Part shown: positions 47,072 through 57,104 of the stretch, piece by piece
Layout of the letters: every line of letters begins with the position of its first letter
How positions within the stretch are numbered: position 1 is the stretch's first letter
From: Candidatus Eiseniibacteriota bacterium
GTDB lineage: Bacteria > Eisenbacteria > RBG-16-71-46
NCBI GenBank assembly: GCA_044222065.1
Contig: JBGAOA010000009.1
Coordinates: 14,061-78,060, forward strand
DNA length: 64,000 nucleotides
Reading direction: 5' to 3'
Notes under the pieces: generated by a model
Database searches by the model: none
What the model was told of the DNA's origin: nothing
What the model saw: only the letters and a program-made list of their open reading frames with translations
Program-made: the position numbers and the translations under genes

Positions 47072-48599
47072 CGCGATCGTGCGCGCGCTTCGCGGCGGCC
47101 GCGATGCGGCGCGGCGCGGGTGCCGCCGCCGTCGTCGCGCGCATCAGCTCGACCTCCGCCTTCGCCGCCGCCTCGCGCAGCGCGCCGCGCGCAGTTCCAG
47201 CTCGCGCAGATCCACCTGCACGGCGCCGGCGTCGCGCGCTCCCCGCCGGGCCCGACGAGTGACCCGCGACGGACGTTCCTGCGAGCCCGTCGCGCACCGC
47301 GTCCCGCCGCTCAACAGGTCGACGAGACGGCTCGTACGAGGTCGGAACGAACGTCGCGGTGATGGTCGGCTGCCCACACGTAGTTCGAGAAGCTCCCATT
47401 GTTCGCGCGAGCCTGGAAGTAGAACGAGTACGTGCCCCGCCGGCTTGAAGTAGGTGCGTCGTAGTGAGAAATGGGAATGCGGCTGAGGCCGAACGGGGCG
47501 GCGGAGTGAAACCCGAGACGGTGTAGCGCGAGTAGTCCATGCTGCCGCCCGAGGAGTCCTTGATCGTGAGTTCGGCCTCGTTCATCACGGACCCGTTGCC
47601 GCCGATGCCGTGCATGCCATCCGCTTCGACCTCGATGTAGCCGGCGGCCGGCGTCGTGATCGTCACGCTCACGAGATCGGTCACCGTGGTGGAAGTGGAG
47701 ATCACCACCGAGCTACTCCCGTGCCCCTGCGCGACGCCGGGCTCATCCAGGATCTCGGCCGACGAGATCGAGCTCGCGGGCAACTGAACGCCGCCGTCGC
47801 CGGCGACGCGCGTGTCGAACAGCACGTCGCGTGAGGCGCCGTCGAAGAGGACGTAGGGATCCTCGGAACCCGACACGTCGCCGATCATGCGAATGCCTCT
47901 CGTGCTGTTGCCCTTCATGAGCCGAAGCTCACCCGCCGCAGTCGCGAAGTTCGGGACCATCAGCCCGATCGCCTGACCGCTCGTGTTCGCGATCCACAGA
48001 TCGCCGCCGTTCGGCCCCGCTTCGAAGATGGCCGTGCCGTAGATGGACGACGGCCCCCACGCGACGTACACCCCGTCGTTGAGCAGGCTGCCCGCGATGA
48101 AGCCGGGATCGGCGCCGATCGCGTAGCCGCCGCCGTCGTTCGCGACCACGAACGACGTCGTCGAAGTCGGGCCGAGGCCGACGTACGGCAGACGCAACGC
48201 GAGAGCTTGCGGCACCGGAGTCAGCGCCACGCGCGGCGTGAGTTCGGCGCCGCCGTTCACGGACACGCCGAGGTAGTACGGCCAGTCGAACAGGATCTCG
48301 AGCGGGGTCACGGACCCGAGCACCACGCTGAAGCCCCCCCGGTTCACCGTGACGCCCGCCTGGGTCTCGGTCCACGCCGGACTGCCGCCGACGTCGAAGA
48401 GGTACAGGCGGAACGTCAGGTCGTAGGTCCCGTCCGGGACGATGTTCCCGGCGCCGTCGGCGAGCACGCCTTGATAGCTCGTCGTCGAGGGCACGACGGC
48501 GAACGCGGGGGCGGACGAAAGGGCGAGTCCCAGCGCGAGGATCACGGCGGCAGCGAATGCGGCCCGTGCGCACCGGGGACAATCGGCGAGGAAGTGCAT
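47068..48599 (-). CDS. Secreted surface/fibre-like protein; 3' part frameshifted several times
   Basis: Signal peptide, then TTSYQGVLAD..DGTYDLTFRLY..WTETQ..GGFSVVLG. Coherent coding until about 47490, then pieces in alternating frames. Confidence 0.7.
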
Positions 48600-48774
48600 G
48601 ACGTGTGGACTCCGCAGGATGGGACGAACGGCGTCGGTCGAGGAACGCGTGTCATTGCGAATGCGCTCGAGGCCGTTTCGTCACAGTCCGTGGAGGGGGG
48701 CTCGCAACCCGGCGCCGCACGCACGCACGATGCCCCCCGGGGGCGCGGCCCGCGGCCCCGCCCGGGACGCCGCG

Positions 48775-49329
48775 CTACACCCCCGCCTTCAGCTGCTCGA
48801 GGAAGCGCTTCCGGAACTTCGCCACCTTGGGCGCCACGACCGCCCGGCAGTAGGGCTGGTTCGGGTTCAGCGCGAAATAGTCCTGGTGGTAGCTCTCGGC
48901 CGGGAAGTAGTCGCGCAGCGGCTCGATCGCGGTGACGATCGGGTCGCGCCACAGGCCTTCGGCCGAGAGTTCCGCGATCACCTCGCGCGCGGCGACTTCC
49001 TGCTCGCCCGAGTGCGTGAAGATCGCCGAGCGATACTGCGTGCCGACGTCCGCGCCCTGCCGGTTCAGCGTCGTCGGATCGTGAACCGTGAAGAACACAC
49101 GCAGCAGGTCGCGGAACGGGACCTGCGCGGGATCGAACTCGATGCGCACGACCTCGGCGTGGCCGGTCTCGCCCGAGCACACGGCCTTGTAGGTCGGATT
49201 CGCGACGCGGCCTCCCGAGTAGCCGGCCTCCACGCGCTCGACGCCCTTCAAGTCGCGGTACACGGCGTCCAGGCACCAGAAGCAGCCGCCGGCGAGCGTC
49301 GCCAGTTCGAGCGGGCGTGACGAGTTCAT
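48775..49329 (-). CDS. msrA: Peptide methionine sulfoxide reductase A
   Basis: [42 protein letters not shown]. Confidence 0.96.
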   Translation of the reverse strand: MNSSRPLELATLAGGCFWCLDAVYRDLKGVERVEAGYSGGRVANPTYKAVCSGETGHAEVVRIEFDPAQVPFRDLLRVFFTVHDPTTLNRQGADVGTQYRSAIFTHSGEQEVAAREVIAELSAEGLWRDPIVTAIEPLRDYFPAESYHQDYFALNPNQPYCRAVVAPKVAKFRKRFLEQLKAGV

Positions 49330-49432
49330 TCGATCCTCCGGGGTGGAAGGTGTGCGGGGGCGGGCGGGCGATGCCTCAATGCCGCTCGCGGCCGCGCGGT
49401 TCCCCGCGCCCGGCCCGAGCATCGCCGGCGGC

Positions 49433-50380
49433 TCAGCTTCGGATGAGCCGCTCGGCCGCCTGGTGCGGCGTCTCTTCGCGCGCGGCGAGCCGCTCGAGCG
49501 CCGCGCGCCACGCGTCGGCCGGAACGGCGGTGCGGAACCGGGTCCACAGGCGGTCGCGCAGCAGTTCGGTGAGCCGCTGCTCGAGCCGCTGCTTCCGGCG
49601 GCGGTCGAGCGCGCCGCGTTCGCGCATGTAGCCGAGGTGCTCTTCGAGACCGTCGGCGAGTTCGGCGACGCCCTCGCCGCGCGAGGCGACGGTGAGCCGC
49701 ACGGGCGGCACCCAGTCGCTCGTCGGCGCGCGCAGTTCGAGCGCCGAGTTGATCGCGAACGCGGCGCGGTCGGCGCCTTCGCGGTCGGCCTTGTTCACGA
49801 CGAACAGGTCGGCGATCTCCATGAGGCCCGCCTTCATCGCCTGCACGGCGTCGCCCGACTCGGGCACGAGCACGACGACCGTCGAGTCCGCGGTCTGCGC
49901 GACCTCGAGCTCGCTCTGCCCCACGCCCACCGTCTCGATGAGGATGCGCGAGTAGCCCGCGGCGTCGAGCACGTCGCACGCCTGCGCGGTGTGCACGGCG
50001 AGACCGCCGAGGCTGCCGCGCGTCGCCATCGAGCGGATGAACACGCCGTCGTCGCCCGCGAGTTCGCCCATGCGCACGCGGTCGCCGAGCAGCGCGCCGC
50101 CGCTGAAGGGGCTCGTCGGATCCACGGCGACGATCGCGACCGTCTCGCCGCGCGCGCGGTACTCGAGCGCGAGGCGCGTCACGAGCGTGCTCTTCCCCGC
50201 GCCGGGCGGACCCGTGATGCCGATCCGGAACGCGCGTCCGCTCTTCGCGAAGCACGCATCGAGGATCGGCACCGCCTCGGGGCTCTCGTTCTCGACGTGC
50301 GAGATCGCGCGCGCGAGCGCCACGCGGTCGCGATCGAGCGCGCGGGCGACGAGGTCCTGGGCCGTGAGCGTGGCGGTCAT
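49433..50380 (-). CDS. meaB: Mutase-associated GTPase chaperone
   Basis: [45 protein letters not shown]. Confidence 0.94.
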   Translation of the reverse strand: MTATLTAQDLVARALDRDRVALARAISHVENESPEAVPILDACFAKSGRAFRIGITGPPGAGKSTLVTRLALEYRARGETVAIVAVDPTSPFSGGALLGDRVRMGELAGDDGVFIRSMATRGSLGGLAVHTAQACDVLDAAGYSRILIETVGVGQSELEVAQTADSTVVVLVPESGDAVQAMKAGLMEIADLFVVNKADREGADRAAFAINSALELRAPTSDWVPPVRLTVASRGEGVAELADGLEEHLGYMRERGALDRRRKQRLEQRLTELLRDRLWTRFRTAVPADAWRAALERLAAREETPHQAAERLIRS

Positions 50381-50433
50381 GATCGGAGCGCGCACGTTAG
50401 CCGAACTCGCGGGGCCGCCGCGAGTCGGCGGGC

Positions 50434-52458
50434 TCAACGCCCCTCGAGCGCGCGCAGCGAGTCGGCCGCTTCGGCGCCGTACGGGCCGCGCGCGAGTTCG
50501 GCGCGGTAGGCCGCGCGCGCCTCGCGCATCCGGCCGAGCCGCTGGTACGCCTGGCCGAAGCGCAGGTCGAGCCCCCCGGGCGCGTCGCGCCGCACGCGCT
50601 CGGCGCGGAATTCGCGCAGCGCGTCGTCCGGGCGGTTCTCGATCAGCGCGATCACGCCGAGCGGCTCGTGAACGCCCGGGAGCACGCGGTTCGCGGCCGC
50701 GGCGCGCTCGAAGTGGGCACGCGCTTCGGCGAAGCGGTCCTCGAGCGCGGCGAAGTGGCCGAGCAGCGCCTCCGTCTCGCCGTTCGCGTCCGATGCCGCG
50801 CTCGCGCGACGCGCCTCCGCCGCGACGCTCGCGCGCAGCCCGGCGTCGGCGTTCGCGACGCGCCGGACTTCCGCCCGGCCCGCGGCGCCCGCGGGCAGCC
50901 AGCGGTACTCGAACGAGTCCGCGAGCGACGCGAAGCGCGCGCGCTTCACGAACAGCGCGGCGACGTCGTCCTGGAACACGAGCGCGAAGCTCGTGTCGCG
51001 CTCGACGACGTCGGCGGCGCCCGGGAACGGCAGGCGCTTGACGAGCACGGCGTCGAAGCCCCAGTGCGCGTCGAAGGCGCGCCAGCGCTCGGGCGAGTCG
51101 AAGCCGTGCAGCCATTCGTCGCGGATCGCGGGCGTGCCGGCCTGGTGGACGTCGAGGAACGGCAGCCGGTCGCGCTCGCCGGGGAAGCGCCACAGCATCC
51201 AGCCCGCGAACGAGAACGGGTTGCAGAACCGCCCGCGCACGCCGTGGCGAGCGACGAACTCGCACGCGCCGCGCGGTTGCCAGCTCCAGTCCACGCCGAC
51301 GCCGGGCCGCAGATCGGCGCGCGTCCATTCCGGCACGGACAGCGCGATCGCGAGCAGCGCGGCGAGCGCCGCGCGCGGCCACGGACGCGCGAGCGCGGAG
51401 ACGAGCGCTCGCGGGCGCGCGAGCGGCAGGAGCGCCTCGCCGAGACCGCGCGCGACGAACGGCGCGGCGACGAGCGCGTAGACGCCCGTGAAGCGCTGGC
51501 TCGCGAGGCCAAGCGTCGTGAACAGGGCGGCCGCGAGCGTCTCGGCGAGATCGAAGCGGCGGCCCAGCGCGCGGATCGCGATCAGCAGCGGCCACAGCGC
51601 GACCAGCACGGGCTGGCCGTCACGCGCGTGCGCCGCCCAGTTCACGGGCTGGAGCTCGACGATCTGGCGGAACAGCGGCTCGCGCCCGAGGTGGAACGCG
51701 TAGTCGAACGGCGCCGCGAGCGCGCGCCAGCCGAATGGATTGGCGAGCGAGGCGAGGGCTCCGATCCCGAGCGCGAGCGCGAGTCCGCGCGCGAGCGGAC
51801 GCGGCCCGCGCACGAGGGCATCGAGCAGGTAGATGCCCTGGAGCGCGAAGCCGAACCACCACGACACGTGCGCGTTCGCCCACAGCCAGCCGATCGCGAC
51901 GAGCCACGGCCAGCGGTCCCGGCCGCCCGCGCGGCGCGTCTCGAGGATCCACAGCTCCGCCGCGAGCAGCACCGCGGCGAGCGTCTCGGGACGCGCGAGC
52001 GCGCGCTGGCGGTACACGAGCCCGCACGCCGCGACGACGACGAGCGCGAGTACGCCGCGCGCGCCGAGCCGGCGCGCCGCGGCCCACGCGAACGCGAACG
52101 CCGCGAGCGTCGTGAGAGAACGCCACACCGCGAGCCCCCACGCCTCGCCGAGCTTCCAGAACGGCCACAGCAGCGCATCGAAGCCCCAGCTGCCGTTCAC
52201 GTCGGGCGCGCCGAAGGTCGGCCACGACCACTCCTGAACGAGCGGGATGCGGTGCTCGCTCCAGATCACCCGGCCGACCGCGAGGTGCTGGAACAGGTCG
52301 GGATCGGGCATCCACCACGTCACGTCGGCGACGAGGCAGCCGGCGACGACGAGCGCGAGCGCGAGGAGCGCCGGATGCCGCGGCGCGAGCGGCGCGAACG
52401 GAACCGCGGCCGGCTTCGGCGCGACGTCGCGCGCGCCGCGGCGCGCGCGCGCGTTCAC
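50434..52458 (-). CDS. Polytopic membrane protein (GT-C-like topology) with C-terminal TPR repeats
   Basis: PDLFQHLAVGR loop after the first TM, RPE, LWANAH, ANPFG; many TMs; TPR-like C-terminus. Confidence 0.72.
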   Translation of the reverse strand: MNARARRGARDVAPKPAAVPFAPLAPRHPALLALALVVAGCLVADVTWWMPDPDLFQHLAVGRVIWSEHRIPLVQEWSWPTFGAPDVNGSWGFDALLWPFWKLGEAWGLAVWRSLTTLAAFAFAWAAARRLGARGVLALVVVAACGLVYRQRALARPETLAAVLLAAELWILETRRAGGRDRWPWLVAIGWLWANAHVSWWFGFALQGIYLLDALVRGPRPLARGLALALGIGALASLANPFGWRALAAPFDYAFHLGREPLFRQIVELQPVNWAAHARDGQPVLVALWPLLIAIRALGRRFDLAETLAAALFTTLGLASQRFTGVYALVAAPFVARGLGEALLPLARPRALVSALARPWPRAALAALLAIALSVPEWTRADLRPGVGVDWSWQPRGACEFVARHGVRGRFCNPFSFAGWMLWRFPGERDRLPFLDVHQAGTPAIRDEWLHGFDSPERWRAFDAHWGFDAVLVKRLPFPGAADVVERDTSFALVFQDDVAALFVKRARFASLADSFEYRWLPAGAAGRAEVRRVANADAGLRASVAAEARRASAASDANGETEALLGHFAALEDRFAEARAHFERAAAANRVLPGVHEPLGVIALIENRPDDALREFRAERVRRDAPGGLDLRFGQAYQRLGRMREARAAYRAELARGPYGAEAADSLRALEGR

Positions 52459-52506
52459 GCGACCGACGGCGCGCGCACCGCGAGGTGCCTCGGCGCGCGC
52501 GCGCGC

Positions 52507-53856
52507 TCACGCGACCGACCGCGCGCGCACAGCGAGGTCGGCGAGCACGCGGCGCCCGATCACGGCGGCGGCGTCCGCCTGCGCGAGCCGGGCGGCGGCC
52601 TCGCGCACGCGCGCGCGCGCGGGCGGATTCGAGAGCCACGTCTCGACGAGTCCGCACACCTCGTCCACGCTCTCGGCGTGCACGGCCGCTCCGCCCGAGA
52701 CGAGGTAGCGCGTGTTCTGCACCTCCTGCCCGGGCGTCGGCCGGAACACGACGAGCGGCGTGCGTTTCGCGAGCGCCTCCGAGCACGTGAGCCCGCCGGC
52801 CTTGCTCACGACCGCTTCGCACGCTTCGAGCAGCGCGTCCACGTCGTGCGTGAAGCCGAGCGCGCGCAGGCCGCCGCGACGGGCGGCCGCGCCGCGCGCG
52901 AGCCGCTTCCGCAGCGTCGTGTTGTGCCCGCACACGGCGACGACGACCGGCGCGCTCGGCACGTCGGCGAGCCGCTCGGCGAGTTCGGCGATCGGGCCGA
53001 CGCCCGCGCCGCCGCCCATCACGAGCACGTGCCGACGCGCGGGATCGAGGCCGAGCCGCGCGCACGCGGCCTCGCGGCCGCGCGGGCTCGCGAACACGGG
53101 ATCGATCGGGATGCCCGAGACCTCGATGCGGTCGCGCGCGATGCCGTGCGCGACGAGTTCGTCGGCGACGAGCGCGCCCGCGACGAAGTAGCGGTCCACG
53201 TACGGGAAGGCCCAGAACGGGTGCGCCGTGAAGTCGGTGATGACGCAGTAGAGCGGCACGCCGAGCCGGCCCCGCCCGCGCGCGTGCGACAGCGCCTCGA
53301 CCGGCAGGAAGTGCGTGCACACGACGGCGTCGGGCCGCTCGCGCTCGACGACGCGCACGAGCCGGGTCAGGTTGAGCCGGTCGACGGCGAGCCGCACCGG
53401 CGCGGTGCCGCGATGCACGGGGCCCATCGCCGACGAGTGGTAGAGCGCGGCCCACAGCGCGGGCGCGCGCGCGGCCATGGCGTTGTACGACTGCGCGTAG
53501 GTGCCGCGGTACCAGCGCGACGCGAACACGAGCGTGTCCACCTCGCGCACGAGCGCGTCCGGGCGCTCCGCCGCGAGCGCCGCGGCGAGCGCCTGTGCGG
53601 CGCGCTTGTGCCCGCTGCCCGCCGTCGCGTGCAGGATCGCGAGCCGCGGCCCCGACGCATCGAATTCGCCCGCGAGCGTGTCCACCGCGATCGCCCCGCG
53701 GCCGAGCGTCGGGAACAGCACCTCGGACTCGGCCGCCGCCGCCTGACGCCGCAGTCGCCGGCGCCAGCGCGTCGTCTCGGCGCGCACGCGCGCGCGCAGG
53801 CGCTGCGTCAGGCGGCGCGGGAGCCGCAGCGGGTCGAGCCGGGGGACCTTCACCAT
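52507..53856 (-). CDS. MGDG synthase/UgtP-like (GT28) glycosyltransferase
   Basis: GSGHKRAA, VCTHF, VITDF..H, GIPI, MGGG, SKAGGLTCSEA, PGQE..N. Confidence 0.9.
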   Translation of the reverse strand: MVKVPRLDPLRLPRRLTQRLRARVRAETTRWRRRLRRQAAAAESEVLFPTLGRGAIAVDTLAGEFDASGPRLAILHATAGSGHKRAAQALAAALAAERPDALVREVDTLVFASRWYRGTYAQSYNAMAARAPALWAALYHSSAMGPVHRGTAPVRLAVDRLNLTRLVRVVERERPDAVVCTHFLPVEALSHARGRGRLGVPLYCVITDFTAHPFWAFPYVDRYFVAGALVADELVAHGIARDRIEVSGIPIDPVFASPRGREAACARLGLDPARRHVLVMGGGAGVGPIAELAERLADVPSAPVVVAVCGHNTTLRKRLARGAAARRGGLRALGFTHDVDALLEACEAVVSKAGGLTCSEALAKRTPLVVFRPTPGQEVQNTRYLVSGGAAVHAESVDEVCGLVETWLSNPPARARVREAAARLAQADAAAVIGRRVLADLAVRARSVA

Positions 53857-53890
53857 GACGACGTGCGGGACGAGCGTGATCGCGCGCGGG

Positions 53891-54244
53891 TCACGGCGCG
53901 GTCACGGCGTTGCGGTAGTGCTGCAGCGCGAGCCCGTGGTCACCCGGCTCGCTCGCGATCACGTCCACGCGCACCGGCCCCGGCGCTCGCTGCGCGAGCG
54001 CGCGCGCCGCGAGACGCAGCCGCTCGCGCTTCGCGCGGTCCACGGCGAGCGCCGCGCCGCCGTAGTCCGTGCGCGTGCGCAGCTTCACTTCGACGACGAC
54101 GCGCACGCGGTCGTCCACCGCGACGAGGTCCACTTCCACGCCTCCGAGATTCGTGTTTCGCGCGATCACGTCGTAGCCGATCAGGGCGAGGTAGGCCGCG
54201 GCGAGATTCTCGCCCTCGGCTCCGCGCATGCGGGCGATCCCCAT
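53891..54244 (-). CDS. yraN: YraN family protein
   Basis: GAEGENLAAAYL, GVEVDLVA, VEVKLR, RVDVI. Confidence 0.88.
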   Translation of the reverse strand: MGIARMRGAEGENLAAAYLALIGYDVIARNTNLGGVEVDLVAVDDRVRVVVEVKLRTRTDYGGAALAVDRAKRERLRLAARALAQRAPGPVRVDVIASEPGDHGLALQHYRNAVTAP

Positions 54245-54340
54245 GGAGCGTCCCCTTCCGGAGGCGAACCGCGGGGGCGATTGGCGCGGGAGTCTAGCCC
54301 GCGCTCTTCACGAGCCGCCACTGCAAAGCGGACCGCCGCC

Positions 54341-55057
54341 TCAGCCCGTGGCGGCCGGCACGCGCGCGTGGCCGAACTTCGCCCGCACCGCGTCCCCGAC
54401 CAGCGCCGCGGCCTCGTCGAGCGACAGCGCCTCCGTGTTGAGCACGAGGTCGTACGCGTGGGGGTCGGCGATGTCGCAGCCGAACACCTTGCGCACGAAG
54501 TCCGCCCGTTCGCGGTCGCGCGCGTCCACCTCGCGCGCCGCCTCACGGGAACCGAGCCGCTCGTGTTCGACGAGCCGCCGGATGCGCGTCTCGCGCGGCG
54601 CCACGACGCGCACGTGCAGGCCGCGCTCGGGACCGACGATGACGTTCGCGCCGCGGCCCACGACGACCACGCCGCCGATCTCGGACATCGCCCGGATGGT
54701 CTGGAGCAGGTGCCCCACGTAGTCGCTCGCGTCGGTGTAGTGCTGTGCGACGAGCGATTCGCACCACAGCGCGATCTGCGACCGGACGTGCTCGTCGAGC
54801 GATTCGACGAGGCTGCGGCGCGCGCCGCTCGAGCCGCAGATGCGGTCGATGACGTCGCGGTCGAGCAGCGCGTAGTCGAAGCGGCGCGCGACGCGATCGG
54901 CGATGCGACCGCCGCCGCTGCCGCGCTCGCGCGACACGGTGACGACCGGTTCCAGAGGCGCCCCGTGCGGAGTGCGCGTCGCGCTCGAGGCGCGGGCGGC
55001 GCGCTCCAGCTCCCAGCGGCGGAGCTGGCGGTCGAGGATGGACTGGATCGAGGACAT
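54341..55057 (-). CDS. Cytidylate kinase-like family protein
   Basis: VVTVSRERGSGG, VVVGRGA, HVRVVAP, YDLVLNT. Confidence 0.85.
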   Translation of the reverse strand: MSSIQSILDRQLRRWELERAARASSATRTPHGAPLEPVVTVSRERGSGGGRIADRVARRFDYALLDRDVIDRICGSSGARRSLVESLDEHVRSQIALWCESLVAQHYTDASDYVGHLLQTIRAMSEIGGVVVVGRGANVIVGPERGLHVRVVAPRETRIRRLVEHERLGSREAAREVDARDRERADFVRKVFGCDIADPHAYDLVLNTEALSLDEAAALVGDAVRAKFGHARVPAATG

Positions 55058-55212
55058 GGCGTTCCTCCCCGGACCGGCATCGGCTCGCCCGGGCGCGCCC
55101 GCCGGCGCGCCATCGAGTCCGCGCGGGCCGAAACGGTCCCCTGCCGCACTCAGGTGTAGCACCGCCGGGAGTCGCGAACGTCAGGGAACGCGCCGGGTCC
55201 GGCGGCGCGCGC

Positions 55213-55845
55213 TCACTCGAGCGCGAGCAGCAGTTCGGCGACCGGCGCGAAGCTGAACCGGTGGAGCGGGCAGGGGCCGTGCGTCGCGAGCGCCGCCAGG
55301 TGCTCGGGCGTCCCGTAGCCCTTGTGGCGCGCGAAGCCGTACGCCGGCCAGACGCGGTCGAGCCGCGCCATGATCCGGTCCCGGACGACCTTGGCGAGCA
55401 CGGAGGCCGCCGCGACGGAGAGCATGCGGGCGTCCCCGTCCACGACCGCGCGCTGTTCGCCCGCGAGGCCCGGCACCGTGTCGGCGCCGTCGACGAGCAC
55501 GAGGTTCGGGGCGACCGACAGCTGGCACACCGCGCGCCGCATCGCCTCGAGGCTCGCGCGCCGGATGTTCAGCCGGTCGATCGCTCGCGGACCCACGACG
55601 GCCCACGAAAACGCCCGGGCCTCGTTCGAGACCCGGGCGAACAGTTCCTCGCGCCGCTCGTGCGACAACTGCTTGCTGTCGTTGAGGCCGTCCCAGCGGC
55701 GTTCGAGATCGAGCACCACCGCGGCCGCGACGACCGGGCCCGCGAGCGGTCCGCGGCCGGCTTCGTCCACTCCCGCCACCGTCGCGACCGAGCCCGCGAA
55801 CGCGCGTTCGTTGCGCGCGAGCCGTCGCCACGGGGCGGTGCGCAC
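55213..55845 (-). CDS. rnhB: Ribonuclease HII
   Basis: GVDEAGRGPLAGPV, DSK, LVDG, AAASVLAKVVRD, HKGYGT. Confidence 0.96.
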   Translation of the reverse strand: MRTAPWRRLARNERAFAGSVATVAGVDEAGRGPLAGPVVAAAVVLDLERRWDGLNDSKQLSHERREELFARVSNEARAFSWAVVGPRAIDRLNIRRASLEAMRRAVCQLSVAPNLVLVDGADTVPGLAGEQRAVVDGDARMLSVAAASVLAKVVRDRIMARLDRVWPAYGFARHKGYGTPEHLAALATHGPCPLHRFSFAPVAELLLALE

Positions 55846-55848
55846 GGC

Positions 55849-56217
55849 TCAGCTCTCGCTCGTCGCCTCCGCGCCCGACTTCTTCTCGTGCAGACGCGCG
55901 GCCTTGCCCGCCTTCCCGCGCAGGTAGAACAGCTTCGCGCGGCGCACCTTCGAGTGCCTCAGCACCTTGATCTCGGCCACGCTCGGCGAATGGAGCGGGA
56001 ACGTGCGCTCGACGCCGATGCCTTCCGAAATCTTGCGGACGGTGAACGACTTCCGAAGTCCCGAACCGCGCACGTTCACGACGTCGCCGCGGAACTTCTG
56101 CTGGCGTTCCTTGTCGCCCTCGATCACGCGCACCGAGACTTCGATGGTGTCGCCGGGGCGCAGCTCAGGCCGGTCCGCCTTGATCTGGGCGGCTTCCAGC
56201 TTCTCGATCAAACCCAT
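55849..56217 (-). CDS. rplS: 50S ribosomal protein L19
   Basis: PGDTIEV, FTVRKISEGIGVERTFPLHSP, VRRAKLFYLR; AAGGAG RBS. Confidence 0.97.
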   Translation of the reverse strand: MGLIEKLEAAQIKADRPELRPGDTIEVSVRVIEGDKERQQKFRGDVVNVRGSGLRKSFTVRKISEGIGVERTFPLHSPSVAEIKVLRHSKVRRAKLFYLRGKAGKAARLHEKKSGAEATSES

Positions 56218-56272
56218 CGTCGGGCTCCTTTCTGACTCCGCCCGAACTCCGGGCGATCCAATGCGGCCGGGC

Positions 56273-56301
56273 AGTATAGGGGAGCGCCCCGGAACGGGCA
56301 A
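56273..56301 (-). promoter_or_regulatory. Putative sigma70 promoter for rplS
   Basis: TTGCCC-N17-TATACT. Confidence 0.55.
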
Positions 56302-56340
56302 CGCGCTCGCGGCCGCGGCCGGCGCCGGCGGCGCGCCGGA

Positions 56341-57066
56341 TCAGTGCGACCAGTAGAGGGCCTTGAGCCGCGCGTAGTCGAGGAACGCGCCCGGGGCCCC
56401 CGAGGGCACGCCGAGGTCCTCCCACTGGTCCATCCACCACCAGGTCGAGTCGGGGCGGACGCCCTGGTTCTGAAGCTCGAGGGGAATCTGCGCGGAGTCG
56501 CCTCGCACCAGGAAGAAGCGGCTGCGGTCCTCGACGCGGTAGTAGCCGCTCGGCAGCCGGATCCCGGCGACGCTCCCGACCTCGACCGCGCGGTGCCACC
56601 GGGCGTGCTTGCCGGGCCGCGGGTCCGGGACGTCGGCGAGCAGCGAATCGAGCACGATCGTGATCGCGGTCGCGGCCGGCCGCCCGCCGCTCCCGAGCAC
56701 GAAGAGCCGCGCGGAGGCGGCGAGCTCGTCGGAGCGGAACCACTCGCCGCCGGTGAGGATCGGCGCCCCGGTCGTGTCGGTGTCCGAAGGCGCGGCGACG
56801 AAGCGGAAGTTGGCCGGGAACAGCATGCGCAGCGCGCTCGAATCGCGCTGCTGCCAGCTCCACACGAGGCGCTCGACCGCGGCGGTCGGCGTGCGCGACT
56901 CGGGTGCGACGATCGGCGTCGGCGTGAGCGGCCCCTCGACGACCGTGTCGCAGCCCGCGAGCGCCAGCACGACCGCGAGCACGAGGGCGAACGCGAGCGG
57001 ATCGCGCGCGCGTCGCCCGCGCTCGCGGCTCCCCTCCCCGCTCCGCTCTCCGATCGCTCCGATCAC
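56341..57066 (-). CDS. Putative lipoprotein, function unknown
   Basis: LAFALVLAVVLALAGC lipobox; start uncertain. Confidence 0.68.
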   Translation of the reverse strand: MIGAIGERSGEGSRERGRRARDPLAFALVLAVVLALAGCDTVVEGPLTPTPIVAPESRTPTAAVERLVWSWQQRDSSALRMLFPANFRFVAAPSDTDTTGAPILTGGEWFRSDELAASARLFVLGSGGRPAATAITIVLDSLLADVPDPRPGKHARWHRAVEVGSVAGIRLPSGYYRVEDRSRFFLVRGDSAQIPLELQNQGVRPDSTWWWMDQWEDLGVPSGAPGAFLDYARLKALYWSH

Positions 57067-57104
57067 GACCCTGATACTCCGGAGTCTCGGCGCGGTTCCG
57101 GCGC

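Noticed and set aside
43651..47262. 1203-aa ORF as one giant EAL-HDOD protein
   Set aside because: The N-terminus is the antisense shadow of 43537..45102 and the C-terminus is read-through into an indel-rich region.
47068..48599. Prophage tail-fibre gene or DGR target
   Set aside because: It has a signal peptide; no phage genes, reverse transcriptase or template repeat occur in the window.
49433..51595. Apparent long N-terminal extensions or fusions on meaB, tgt, rsmB, hbd, GNAT and others in the ORF track
   Set aside because: Extensions overlap neighbouring genes in another frame; downstream starts with RBS or stop/start coupling fit better.
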